From positions 1-27,604 of the IMG/VR virus record IMGVR_UViG_3300037465_000011: 27,604 nt of DNA; one strand, written 5' to 3'. Positions 1 through 9,138 of the stretch are shown here, in pieces (the first letter of the stretch is position 1; each line of letters opens with the position of its first letter). The DNA is from a virus. Taxonomy: Duplodnaviria > Caudoviricetes. Below the pieces are notes generated by a model. That model did not search any database. It worked only from the letters and a program-made list of their open reading frames with translations, and had not been told where the DNA came from. The position numbers and the translations under genes were made by a program.

Positions 1-852
1 GTCGTCCTGGACGTGTCCGATACGACTGGCAATCCGGCTGGGACCGGCAAGCGTCAGACGGCCGCCAACCTGTTCCAATTCGCCGGCCCCTACGCCGGCA
101 CCATCACCGCCGCCGACGTGGCAGGCGATACCACGACGTTCCCCATGCTCGCGACCGGCGCGACAGGGACGACGATCGCCGGCACCGACGCTGGGCTCAG
201 CTACGACGCCAGCACCAACACGCTGACCACGACGACGTTCGTGGGGTCGCTGACCGGCACTGCGAGCGGCAACGCACCTATTGACAGCCCGACATTCGCA
301 ACCGAGGTCCTGCTGCCAGATGGCAATGGATCGACAACTATGGCGTGGGGTTTCGCCAGTGACGATGACGGTACTGGCACAGGCTGTTACCGCAGCGCAG
401 CCAATACCGCCACTTGTCGCTCGAATGGCTCGACGAAACTCATATGGGACAATTCTGGTGTGACATGGGTAGGCCGGCTCTATGGCAATACTAACGGCAC
501 AATTGAGGGGTGGCTTGAGGTTGGGGCAGACGAAGCGGTCACGACAACCAAGACACCCGGAGCAGGCGAAGAGGGTGAGTGCTACACCAACACGGGCGAC
601 ACTGACGGATCGACAATCACACTCGAAAACAACCCGACGCAAGGCATCTGTCATTGCTTCATGGTCACCGTCGCGCAGACGATGACGATCGTGCCAAACA
701 CAGGGGAGACGCTGTACGAGGATGGCGATCAGTGTGTTGTGAGTCTGAGTTCTGCCACGATCGGAGTGGTTACGAAAATCTGTGCAGCAACAGGCGGTAG
801 TGGCGCAGTCTGGATGACACAGGCGCCGACAGCGTTTGTTTGCAACGACTGA
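1..852 (+). CDS. Tail fibre / virion-appendage-like protein, 5'-truncated by the window edge
   Basis: The frame is open from base 1 (gtc gtc ctg gac gtg...). The product is Thr/Gly/Ala-rich with fibre-shaft-like segments (LSYDASTNTLTTTTFVGSLTGTASGN, APIDSPTF) and a beta-rich, Cys-rich C-terminal domain. Confidence 0.6.
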   Translation, partial: VVLDVSDTTGNPAGTGKRQTAANLFQFAGPYAGTITAADVAGDTTTFPMLATGATGTTIAGTDAGLSYDASTNTLTTTTFVGSLTGTASGNAPIDSPTFATEVLLPDGNGSTTMAWGFASDDDGTGTGCYRSAANTATCRSNGSTKLIWDNSGVTWVGRLYGNTNGTIEGWLEVGADEAVTTTKTPGAGEEGECYTNTGDTDGSTITLENNPTQGICHCFMVTVAQTMTIVPNTGETLYEDGDQCVVSLSSATIGVVTKICAATGGSGAVWMTQAPTAFVCND

Positions 853-869
853 CGACGGAGGAAAGTCCC

Positions 870-1169
870 ATGCGCACTCTACTGCTGGGCCTCGCCATCA
901 TCACCACGCCAGCCTTCGCCAATCCGGGAGACACGGCGTGTCAGCGTCTCGGGGACGTGTTCGAGAACGTCGCAAATCGCACGCTCACCAGCCCTCAAGC
1001 AACCGTCGGAATGGATGCGCTGGCGGCGCAAGTCGGCGTTCCTGCCGGAGCTACGGCGGCCGTGAAATGCACCAGCATCCTCAGCCACATGCACGATCGA
1101 CTCAAGGCCGCAGTGGTCGCGAAGAAACTCGCCGATATACCACCGCCGACTTCCGAGGAAGTCGACTAA
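870..1169 (+). CDS. Small exported hypothetical protein (99 aa, Sec-type signal peptide)
   Basis: ATG at 870 with GGAGGA Shine-Dalgarno (SD) at 857-862. N-terminus MRTLLLGLAIITTPAFA ends in an AxA cleavage motif. The mature part has two Cys. Confidence 0.7.
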   Translation: MRTLLLGLAIITTPAFANPGDTACQRLGDVFENVANRTLTSPQATVGMDALAAQVGVPAGATAAVKCTSILSHMHDRLKAAVVAKKLADIPPPTSEEVD

Positions 1170-1430
1170 TTTTTTGCAACAGTCGCGGCCATCCGGCAGG
1201 CATCGAGTGCGACCGCCAACGTACTGGCGAACGGCAACAGTTCGGCGTCGGTGCTGGCCCCGGTGGGCGGCGTGCCGACGACGACCGGCTCGTGGCCGGC
1301 GGTGATCGAGGGCGTCGTCGTAGCCGGGGCGTCTCCCTCGGGGACGACGCGCGTGCAACTCGCGTCGGAGACGGCTGGGACAAGCGTTACGGTCAAGGCA
1401 GGTTCGTATCTACGCTACAGGAGTTTTTGA
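1170..1430 (+). pseudogene. Start-less ORF remnant encoding a fibre-like C-terminal beta domain
   Basis: 86 open codons in frame with, and directly after, the TAA of the 870-1169 gene: FFATVAAIRQASSATANVLANG...VIEGVVVAGASPSGTTRVQLASETAGTSVTVKAGSYLRYRSF*. It ends 1 nt before the next ATG and has no SD-associated start at its 5' end. Confidence 0.5.
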
Positions 1431-1431
1431 C

Positions 1432-1887
1432 ATGCGCATCGTGCTGAGCATCATACTGTGCGCGCTCGCGATCTACGTCGCCGTCGCACAAGAGGCGTAC
1501 ACCCTCAACGCCAGCGCCGGCAACGTCACGACGCTGACCGGAGTCATCACCAAGCGCAACGGCGACCTGTGTGCATCCTACGGTCAGGCTCGCACTTGCT
1601 CGCAGGCTACGATGTGTACGCTGGCCAGCGTCGCTGGCGGGGCTTCCTGTACGGCAGCAGCCGCACGGACGGCCGGGGTGCGCATCTACCCGCTGACGCT
1701 GAGCGGACGCGAGGAATTCACCACGTACCAGATCGCGCTGCCGAAGTTCGTCGAAATCGTCGGCGAGCAGGACGCCGAAACGCGGCGCAGCTTCTGCGAA
1801 TTCTGGCTCGCCGCCAACACCACGGCGCGCAACAGCGCCTGTTCTGCGATTGGCGCGAGTGCTGGTTGCGACCCCGTTTGTCCGTAG
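1432..1887 (+). CDS. Secreted cysteine-rich hypothetical protein (151 aa)
   Basis: AGGAG SD at 1419-1423; signal peptide MRIVLSIILCALAIYVAVA; 8 Cys in the mature region. Confidence 0.75.
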   Translation: MRIVLSIILCALAIYVAVAQEAYTLNASAGNVTTLTGVITKRNGDLCASYGQARTCSQATMCTLASVAGGASCTAAAARTAGVRIYPLTLSGREEFTTYQIALPKFVEIVGEQDAETRRSFCEFWLAANTTARNSACSAIGASAGCDPVCP

Positions 1888-1899
1888 AAGACCCAACAA

Positions 1900-2397
1900 A
1901 TGCCCACCACCACCCGCCGCTTTAGTTCCCACGGTCCCGTCCGCCGCAACCCCATGGGCCCGCCGCGCAACCCGCTCGGGCCGCTGACCACGCCGCCCGA
2001 CATCACGCCGACCTTCACCACTGCGCGCCCTGTCTACGGCCGTCCTGGCTCGTTCGACACCGGCGCGCGACCGCCCGGGCCGGTCACGCGACCGCCGCGC
2101 AGTATCCCGACAGCGTACGACGAGCCGCCGGCCTCGGGGGCCGGACCGGTGATGTATCCGGCCGTCCAGCCGCCGGCACAGCCGACTAACCACTGGATGA
2201 CGCGATTGCGGGACTCGATACCGCCCGGACCCTACGTCGATCCAGGCAACAAGCCAGACCCCATGGACGCGAAGCCGGTTACCAAACCGGCGCCGATTCG
2301 GCAGGCTCGTGCTACGCCGGCCTATGAGCCTGGACTCGCCGACCCCATGCTGGAAGGGTCGATATTCCGTGGCCGTCGTCGTTCGTGGAGGCCGTGA
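1900..2397 (+). CDS. Proline/arginine-rich, probably disordered hypothetical protein
   Basis: Fills the gap between neighbouring genes, and its TGA overlaps the next ATG (TGATG). SD is weak. Confidence 0.55.
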   Translation: MPTTTRRFSSHGPVRRNPMGPPRNPLGPLTTPPDITPTFTTARPVYGRPGSFDTGARPPGPVTRPPRSIPTAYDEPPASGAGPVMYPAVQPPAQPTNHWMTRLRDSIPPGPYVDPGNKPDPMDAKPVTKPAPIRQARATPAYEPGLADPMLEGSIFRGRRRSWRP

Positions 2398-2585
2398 TGG
2401 CTGCGCCCGACCTGTCCGACTTTTTCAGGCACAAGGATTTCAGCCCGACGCAGGCAAAGCTGATCCAGGACGCCATGCGTCATCAATTCGAGATACTGGA
2501 GCAGATGGCTCGGCCGATGCTGCTGTTCGTTGACGGGGAGGGCGATATGGGCCCGATGGGTCCGCCAGGGCAGACCAAGAGCTGA
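2397..2585 (+). CDS. Small hypothetical protein with a short collagen-like tail
   Basis: GGAGG SD at 2387-2391, ATG coupled to the upstream stop; ends GDMGPMGPPGQTKS. Confidence 0.6.
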   Translation: MAAPDLSDFFRHKDFSPTQAKLIQDAMRHQFEILEQMARPMLLFVDGEGDMGPMGPPGQTKS

Positions 2586-2587
2586 CC

Positions 2588-2956
2588 ATGCAGAACAAGG
2601 CATTCCGTTTCGGCCCGCTGGCCCTGACCACGACCACGACCACCAACATCCTGAATCCTCCTGCCGCTTCCGGTGGCGTGAATGCGGGGTCGAGCGCGCA
2701 GTACATCATCCTGCGGCGGATGCGCATCGTGAACAAGACCGGCAGCGCGGTCACGTTCTCGCTGTGGCTCGGAGCGACTGGCGCGAATGCCGCCGGAACC
2801 GAGATCATCGGCACAGCGTTGTCGATCGCGGCGAACTCGGCGTTCGATTGGTACGGCATGCTGCGTCTGGACGCTACCGATTTTCTAGTCGGCGGTGCGT
2901 CGGCAAACGCCGCACTCACGATCGAAGGCGAAGGCGAAATCGGCGTCGCCGGGTAA
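2588..2956 (+). CDS. Small beta-rich virion structural-like protein (122 aa)
   Basis: The pattern IILRRMRIVNKTGSAVTFSLWLG...SIAANS...LRLDATDFLVGGASANAALTIEGEG resembles small phage virion proteins. Codon bias is strong. Confidence 0.65.
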   Translation: MQNKAFRFGPLALTTTTTTNILNPPAASGGVNAGSSAQYIILRRMRIVNKTGSAVTFSLWLGATGANAAGTEIIGTALSIAANSAFDWYGMLRLDATDFLVGGASANAALTIEGEGEIGVAG

Positions 2957-2997
2957 CACGCGGGACACAACTAAACCAATCCCACAGGAATACGAAC

Positions 2998-3552
2998 ATG
3001 GCCATCACTCAGCGTCAGCGTCAGCTCAACAATGCAGTTCCCAATCGGATGACTCGCGAGGCCCTGGAAAACATGGCCGCCAACGAGTTCACCGACAACA
3101 GCACTGGCACCGCATCCACGACCATTGCGGCGGGCGTCGGCGTGACCACGGTTGCGCTGGCGATCCAACTCGCGGCGATGACAACCTCAGCGGCTGATCT
3201 CGTCACCAGCTACACACCGGGGTACGCGTTCAAGGTTCTGGCGGTTGACTTCGTGACGACGACGCTCGGCGCTGGCGCTGGCGCCTCGCAAGTGCTGAAC
3301 CTGGAAATCGGGGCGACCAACGTCACCGGCGGCGTGGTGACCATCACGCTGTCCAGTACGGACACGCTCGGCAAGATCACGGCCGGGACTGCGGTCACCG
3401 CTGCCAACACCGGAACGGCGTCCGACACGATTTCGGTCGAAGTCGCGGCCTCGGGTACGGTGTTTACTGGTGGGGCCGGGTTGCTGTTGCTCCGGATTCA
3501 GAATATGGATACAGCGAACGCCTTTGCGTCGCTTGCCGCAGAAATAACCTGA
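2998..3552 (+). CDS. Thr/Ala/Gly-rich structural (decoration/fibre-like) protein, 184 aa
   Basis: ATG at 2998 after ACAGGA SD. The track's upstream extension from 2530 overlaps other genes and is rejected. Composition is beta-rich and virion-like. Confidence 0.65.
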   Translation: MAITQRQRQLNNAVPNRMTREALENMAANEFTDNSTGTASTTIAAGVGVTTVALAIQLAAMTTSAADLVTSYTPGYAFKVLAVDFVTTTLGAGAGASQVLNLEIGATNVTGGVVTITLSSTDTLGKITAGTAVTAANTGTASDTISVEVAASGTVFTGGAGLLLLRIQNMDTANAFASLAAEIT

Positions 3553-3563
3553 GGCGATTGTCT

Positions 3564-4004
3564 ATGGCAGTGATGGGCCGGCCGTCTATCTACAGTGACG
3601 AACTCGCTGCGGAAATCTGCCGCAGGATCGTCGAGGGCGAATCGCTGCTTGCGATTTGCAGGTCAGAAGGTATGCCATGCGTATCGACGATCATGAAATG
3701 GCGTGCGGCCAAGCCGGAGTTTCGCGAGCAGTACCTCGCCGCGCAGCTAGATCGATCGGACACCCATGCTGAGGAAGCGCTCAAGATTGCGGACGACCCA
3801 GACATCCCGTCGGACCAGAAGCGGATCATGGTCGAAACGCGCAAGTGGGTTGCGACCAAGCAAAACCCGCGCAAGTACGGTGATCGAGTGATGAACGAAC
3901 TCACCGGAGCCGATGGTGGGCCGATCCAGCTTCGCGCACTCGACGACAAGCAACTGGACGCGGAGATCGCGCGCCTGAACGAACTCATCCCGAAGGAGAA
4001 GTGA
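3564..4004 (+). CDS. terS: Terminase small subunit (Sf6/P22-like)
   Basis: GRPSIYSDELAAEICRRIVEGESLLAICRSEGMP.STIMKW helix-turn-helix, ETRKW...PRKYGD, and a C-terminal ELTGADGGPI motif. GAGG SD lies 9 nt before ATG 3564. Confidence 0.9.
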   Translation: MAVMGRPSIYSDELAAEICRRIVEGESLLAICRSEGMPCVSTIMKWRAAKPEFREQYLAAQLDRSDTHAEEALKIADDPDIPSDQKRIMVETRKWVATKQNPRKYGDRVMNELTGADGGPIQLRALDDKQLDAEIARLNELIPKEK

Positions 4005-4005
4005 C

Positions 4006-4296
4006 TTGGAGATCACACTTTTGGCGGCGACCACGAGCGCCGCATCGGCGCAGGAGATCAACCTCACCAGCTACAAGGAAGGGGTCATTTCGGCCGACAA
4101 CTTGGCTGGTGCCGAGGAAGTTGACCTGTTCATTCGCGGCAAGGCGCTCACCGACAAGGATGGCAATGTGCAGAAGTTGACCGCCACGATTCCGGCGCTG
4201 GTGTTGACGGGGTACCGACACTACACCTTCAGTAAGGACGCGACGGCAGGAGCATGCGCGATCCATCTGGCGCTTGGTCCGGACGTGAACTCCTGA
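4006..4296 (+). CDS. Hypothetical protein (96 aa), possibly structural
   Basis: TTG start after AAGGAG SD; the stop overlaps the next ATG. Confidence 0.65.
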   Translation: MEITLLAATTSAASAQEINLTSYKEGVISADNLAGAEEVDLFIRGKALTDKDGNVQKLTATIPALVLTGYRHYTFSKDATAGACAIHLALGPDVNS

Positions 4297-5159
4297 TGTT
4301 CGCCTCGCGCGTCAAGGAGACCAGCACCACGACCGGCACGGGCTCGCTCACGCTTGCCGGCGCCGTGACGAACTTTGTGTCGCTGAACTCCATCTTCAGC
4401 AATGACACCACGGCCGCTGGCATCCCGTTCCAGTATTTCATCATCCAGCAGGATGGGAGTGAGTGGGAGTCTGGCATCGGGCACTTGACGGCATCGGACA
4501 CGATGGCACGCGATGTGGTCGAAACCAACAATTCCGGCACGGCGTCTTTGGTCGGCTTCAGCGCTGGGACCAAGTTCGTTGTCGCCACGCCGATCGGACG
4601 CGGGATCGTGCCGTGCATGCCGACGATCGACACGTCCGCGACGACGCGATGCGCGCAAAGCCTCTGGTTGCCATGGGAGATCAACAACACCACGGCGCTC
4701 GATGGCAATCGCGTGTACTACAACCTGTACCTGCACGCGGTCACTGATTCCGTGGACGCAATCCTGTACCAGATCATCGCGAGTCCGGGTGGGCGGACCT
4801 ACCGCGCCGCACTCTACACGGTGGCGCCGACTACCGGCCGGCCTGGGCGACGCATCGTGCTAGGAACAAGTGCCACGCCGGGCGCCAACGGCGTGCAGGC
4901 GTCCACGTTCACGGCGATGTTCTTGCCGCCTGGGTTCTACTACCTCGCGCTTGGCATGGACAGCACGGGATCGCCGACGCACCTGACCTACGAAGGCAAC
5001 GGCTCTGGCATCGGCGGCTCCATGCTGATGGGGCTCGACGCTTTGGCGTCGCCAGTCAAGGGCTACTACGAGTCCGGGGTATCCACGCCGCCAGTAACGC
5101 CCGGCACGCTGACTCAGTCGGTTGTGGCGCAGCCGGCACTCGTGTTCCGGGTGAGTTGA
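4296..5159 (+). CDS. Tail-fibre-like structural protein (287 aa)
   Basis: The N-terminus RVKETSTTTGTGSLTLAGA...WESGIG...FSAGTKFV matches a recurrent phage fibre N-terminal module, followed by a beta-rich C-terminal domain. TGATG coupling at both ends. Confidence 0.7.
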   Translation: MFASRVKETSTTTGTGSLTLAGAVTNFVSLNSIFSNDTTAAGIPFQYFIIQQDGSEWESGIGHLTASDTMARDVVETNNSGTASLVGFSAGTKFVVATPIGRGIVPCMPTIDTSATTRCAQSLWLPWEINNTTALDGNRVYYNLYLHAVTDSVDAILYQIIASPGGRTYRAALYTVAPTTGRPGRRIVLGTSATPGANGVQASTFTAMFLPPGFYYLALGMDSTGSPTHLTYEGNGSGIGGSMLMGLDALASPVKGYYESGVSTPPVTPGTLTQSVVAQPALVFRVS

Positions 5160-6628
5160 TGCTTGGGCTCAGCGATGGATCGTTCAACCCGAAGCAGGCG
5201 CTTGCGCACGCCCTGCGCGAGAAGGACCGGCGGCGGTCGCGCAACAAGCTCGCGTTGTACATGCCGGATGAGTACATTCCGGCGATCGGGAGCGTGCAGG
5301 AGTTCTTCCCGCGCGACCGCTACCCGAAGCACATGGATTTTTTCGCGGCGAGCAAGGAGCACCGCTTCATCGCGTTCCTCGCCGCGAACCGCGTCGGCAA
5401 GACTACCTGCGGCTGTCTCGCGCTGACCTACCACCTGACCGGCCTGTATCCGGACTGGTGGCCAGGTCGCAAGTTCGACTCACCGATTCAGGCTTGGGCC
5501 GTGTCCGACACGGCGGAGACGACGCGCAACAAGCTGATGAAAACGCTGTTGTATGGCGAGGAATATGAACTCGGTTCGGGGCTTATCCCGGCCGACCTCA
5601 TCGGGCGCATCGCGAAACCGTCAGGCCACATCGAAACCGTGTTGGTCAGGCATGTAACGAAGGGCTGGTCGGAACTCGGGTTCAAGGCATACGAGCAGAA
5701 ACGCAAGTCATTCCAGTCCGTCGAGCGCCATGTGATTCTGCTAGACGAGGAACCGCAGGATATTGGCATCTATAGCGAGTGCGTCACCCGCACCGCGACC
5801 TTCAACGGGCTGGTCATGCTGACATTCACGGCGCTGTGTGGCGTCACGCCTCTGGTGTTGAAGTTCATGCCTGAACTCGCCGGACTGAAGCCAGATACCG
5901 AGTCGAGGGCGCGCGCCGTCGTTATCTGCGGATGGGATGACATTCCGCATCTGACGCCGGCTCAGCAAAAGGAACTCGAGGCCGAGTACCAGCCGCACGA
6001 AATACCGGCACGGACAAAGGGCATCCCCGACGTCAGCATTGGCGCGGTGTACCCGATTCCGGAGTCCGTCATCAAGATCGACCCGTTTCCGATCCCCGAC
6101 CACTGGCCACGCTGCTTCGCGCTCGATCCTGGATGGGAGGACCCTACGGCCGCTTTGTGGACCGCATGGGATCGTGAGACGGACATCATCTACTTCTACT
6201 CAGAGCACTACCAGAAGATGAAGGAGCCTCCGATCCATGCGTCGGCGATCAAGGCGCGTGGTGCGTGGATTCCTGGGACCGGAGACTACGCGACCGACAT
6301 CAAGGACGGTCGCAGCACGCTCGACGTGTACCGCGACGAGGGGCTCAACATCACGCGCTGCCAGAAGTCCGACAAGGACGCACGCGTGATGGACTTGCTG
6401 ACAAGATTCAGCACAGGCCGTGCCCGCGTGTTTTCGACGCTTACCAATTTCTTCATGGAGTACCGCATGTACCACCGTGATGAGAAAGGTAATTTCTGCG
6501 GCCCCGACCACCTGATGAACTGCGCTGAGTACACGGTTCAAAGCGGCCTGAAGCTCGCCAAGACGAATATCGAGGCCAATCTGGACGGTGCTGACCGGCC
6601 GATGTGGGAGAAGTCCTTTGGCCTCTGA
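5159..6628 (+). CDS. terL: Terminase large subunit (P22 gp2-like)
   Basis: Walker A AANRVGKT, P22-like HLTGLYPDWWPGRKF, Walker B VILLDEEP, motif C LTFT, and RNase H-like nuclease motifs ALDPGW and DHLMN. Confidence 0.95.
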   Translation: MLGLSDGSFNPKQALAHALREKDRRRSRNKLALYMPDEYIPAIGSVQEFFPRDRYPKHMDFFAASKEHRFIAFLAANRVGKTTCGCLALTYHLTGLYPDWWPGRKFDSPIQAWAVSDTAETTRNKLMKTLLYGEEYELGSGLIPADLIGRIAKPSGHIETVLVRHVTKGWSELGFKAYEQKRKSFQSVERHVILLDEEPQDIGIYSECVTRTATFNGLVMLTFTALCGVTPLVLKFMPELAGLKPDTESRARAVVICGWDDIPHLTPAQQKELEAEYQPHEIPARTKGIPDVSIGAVYPIPESVIKIDPFPIPDHWPRCFALDPGWEDPTAALWTAWDRETDIIYFYSEHYQKMKEPPIHASAIKARGAWIPGTGDYATDIKDGRSTLDVYRDEGLNITRCQKSDKDARVMDLLTRFSTGRARVFSTLTNFFMEYRMYHRDEKGNFCGPDHLMNCAEYTVQSGLKLAKTNIEANLDGADRPMWEKSFGL

Positions 6629-8783
6629 GGTAGTGCTCGCGGTCGCCGAGATTCCGCCGCAGGCCATGCAGGAAATGGCCGCGATCGTCGAAGAAGCGAA
6701 GTGTTTGCAGCAGGAGAACGAGCGCGCGTTGTTGGTGAAGCTGAGCGGTAAGCGCGATGCGTGGGTGCGGGCGAAGCGTCCGATTGAGGAACGAATGATC
6801 GATGACCTGCGCCAGTACGAGGGCATGACGCGGCAGTCGAACACGAAGCAGTTTCCTTTCGACGCGGCTGGCGACACCAAGGCCAGCCCGCCGCGCATTC
6901 ACGCTACCCGCATCCGCACCGACATGATCGAGGCGCGTATCGCCGACATGTTGGTGCCGACCAACGATGAGTCGCAGTGGACGCTGACGCCGACTGAGGA
7001 ACCCGACATTGCCGGCGTCGATCCGAAAACGACACCGGAAGAACTCGACAAGCTGGCTGAGCAGGCGTGCGGACGAATGGCTGCGGTCATCAAAGACCAA
7101 CTAACCGAATGCAAGTTCAGTAGCAGCATCCGTGCGATGATCCGCGACGCTTGCCGCACCGGCAGCGGGCTCATCATGGGTCCCATGAACGCGATCCGTT
7201 TCAAGCGCAGGTTCACGGAAGAACTCGGCGTCATGCAGGTTACGATCGAGGAATCGCCGGTCCCGGAGATTCGGTACGGGAACCCTTGGTTCTTCTACCC
7301 GGAAATGGTCGAGTCCGCCGAGAAGGCGCAGGGCGCGTTCTACCTGCACCTAATGTCGCAGGTTGAACTGTCCGACTTCGTGAAGCTGCCGAACGTCCGC
7401 ACCGATGCGATCACTGCCCTACTACAAACCGAGCCAGATCTCGGCGAAGTTGGAACCAACATTCGTACACGCAATGATCGCCTTCCGTTCAAGGAAGCCG
7501 TCTCCGATCGATGGGCGGTGTGGCGTTACACCGGCGTGATGGATCGCGACGAACTGGAGTGTTTGGGCCTGCAACTCGGCGAAGGCCCCATGCCGATGGT
7601 GGACCTGTGGTTCTGCCAAGACTACGTTCTGAAGTGCAAGTTCAGGCCGATCCAAGGCGACTTCCGCATCCCTTACTACGTGTACTCGCCATTCCCGGCC
7701 GATGACACGATGTTCGGGTACAGCGTGCCGTACATGTGCCGTGACTCTCAGCGCGTTGTCGATGCGTCGTACCAGATCGCGTTGCACAATGCGTCCGTGT
7801 CAGCCGGACCCGTGGTGTTTGCACGGTCCAAGGCGTTCCCGAAGCCGAAGGCCGGGGAGTCCTACGAGATCAACGGCCCGAAGCTGTTTTGGGTCAACGA
7901 CAACGAACAGAGGCTAGACGATATCGTCAAGGTGGTCCTGATCGAGAACAACGTCGAGCAGGCTATGGCACTGATGGATCGCGCGCTGCAACTGCTGGAC
8001 GACGAGATCGGGCTGTTCAATTGGGTCAACAACGAAGTCAACAAGGCCGTTCAGACCAGCAGCGGGCTCGCGATGCTGATGAACGCGCAGAGCATTCTAC
8101 AGCGTCGCGCGGCGGCCGCGTTCGACGATCAAGTCGTTCCGGTGATCGAGCGCATGTACTGGTGGAACATGCTATACAACAAGCGCCGCGACATCAAGGG
8201 CGACTACAAGTGCGTGGCCAACGGCCAGTCGCAACTACTGGTCAAGGACATCAAAGCGAACCGCATGCAGGTGTTCATGCAGACGCTCGCCGCGAACCCA
8301 CGCTACCAGCCGTATCTCGATGCCTACGAAGAACTGATGATAATGGCGCAATTGATGGACGTGCCGAAAGACAGGCTCGTGATCGATCGCGAGAAGGCCG
8401 AGGCCAACATGCCGCAGCCGCCGCCAGACCCGCGCGTGGAGGTCGAGAAGATCAGGGCCGATGTGGTACTCAAGCAAATCGAGTGGGAGCGCGAGAAGGA
8501 AACGATGCGCTCCAGGACGGAACTGTTGCTAGCCGAGGGCAAGAGCCTGGAAGCCGAGGCCGCGATGGCGGCGCAGACGGTTCAGAAGCAGGACGACAAC
8601 GATACCAAGCTGCGCTTGGAGGACTTGCGGCAGCGGACCAAGGCGTACAGCGAGATGCTGAAGGACAGCCGTGAGCGTAGCGCACTTGCCGCGCACGTCA
8701 CGCTGGAAGCCGAGAAGCTGGCGAGCAAGGAAGCGGCCGACCGATTGGAGGTTCAGGTCGAGCAGCCGGCGCGGCTAGCGTGA
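6618..8783 (+). CDS. Portal protein
   Basis: About 720 aa directly after terL, with portal-like motifs (DACRTGSGLIMGP, NPWFFYP, MFGYSVP...DSQ, TSSGLAMLM) and a long coiled-coil C-terminus like the P22 portal barrel. The start is uncertain: TTG 6618 has a GGGAG SD, and ATG 6666 is an alternative. Confidence 0.88.
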   Translation: MASEVVLAVAEIPPQAMQEMAAIVEEAKCLQQENERALLVKLSGKRDAWVRAKRPIEERMIDDLRQYEGMTRQSNTKQFPFDAAGDTKASPPRIHATRIRTDMIEARIADMLVPTNDESQWTLTPTEEPDIAGVDPKTTPEELDKLAEQACGRMAAVIKDQLTECKFSSSIRAMIRDACRTGSGLIMGPMNAIRFKRRFTEELGVMQVTIEESPVPEIRYGNPWFFYPEMVESAEKAQGAFYLHLMSQVELSDFVKLPNVRTDAITALLQTEPDLGEVGTNIRTRNDRLPFKEAVSDRWAVWRYTGVMDRDELECLGLQLGEGPMPMVDLWFCQDYVLKCKFRPIQGDFRIPYYVYSPFPADDTMFGYSVPYMCRDSQRVVDASYQIALHNASVSAGPVVFARSKAFPKPKAGESYEINGPKLFWVNDNEQRLDDIVKVVLIENNVEQAMALMDRALQLLDDEIGLFNWVNNEVNKAVQTSSGLAMLMNAQSILQRRAAAAFDDQVVPVIERMYWWNMLYNKRRDIKGDYKCVANGQSQLLVKDIKANRMQVFMQTLAANPRYQPYLDAYEELMIMAQLMDVPKDRLVIDREKAEANMPQPPPDPRVEVEKIRADVVLKQIEWEREKETMRSRTELLLAEGKSLEAEAAMAAQTVQKQDDNDTKLRLEDLRQRTKAYSEMLKDSRERSALAAHVTLEAEKLASKEAADRLEVQVEQPARLA

Positions 8784-8902
8784 AGGACCATCCGCTACTC
8801 ACACTGATCCACGACGCGCACGATGCCAGTGCGCGCCGCAACAATGCCAGCAAGCTGGCACCGTACTTGTTCGTGGAAGGCCGTCTGCGCGCGTGGACTT
8901 AA
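8780..8902 (+). CDS. Possible 40-aa hypothetical protein
   Basis: GTGA overlap with the portal stop; fills the gap (MKDHPLLTLIHDAHDASARRNNASKLAPYLFVEGRLRAWT). No clear SD. Confidence 0.35.
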   Translation: MKDHPLLTLIHDAHDASARRNNASKLAPYLFVEGRLRAWT

Positions 8903-8919
8903 CTTCTAGGGGAAGTGAA

Positions 8920-9138
8920 ATGATTTTTGCCGCAACTCCGTTGCTGGTGTGCCTGACGCCGAGTCAGTGCATCGAAACCTTCTCGCACGTCATGGTGTGG
9001 CCCGTCGAGCGGCGCGTGGTGATCGACGCCAAGCATTACTACTGGACCTCGGTCCGTTACCGGACGTCACGCAAGACGATCGACGTGACCGTTGACCTTG
9101 CCACGTTGATGCGCGACGGACTGGAGTCGCCGCTGTGA
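8920..9138 (+). CDS. Hypothetical protein (72 aa)
   Basis: ATG at 8920 after AGGGG; the stop overlaps the next GTG. Confidence 0.55.
   Translation: MIFAATPLLVCLTPSQCIETFSHVMVWPVERRVVIDAKHYYWTSVRYRTSRKTIDVTVDLATLMRDGLESPL

Noticed and set aside
2530-2997. 5' extension of the 340-aa track ORF
   Set aside because: It overlaps two better-supported genes and reads as off-frame Arg-rich sequence; a good SD-ATG exists at 2998.
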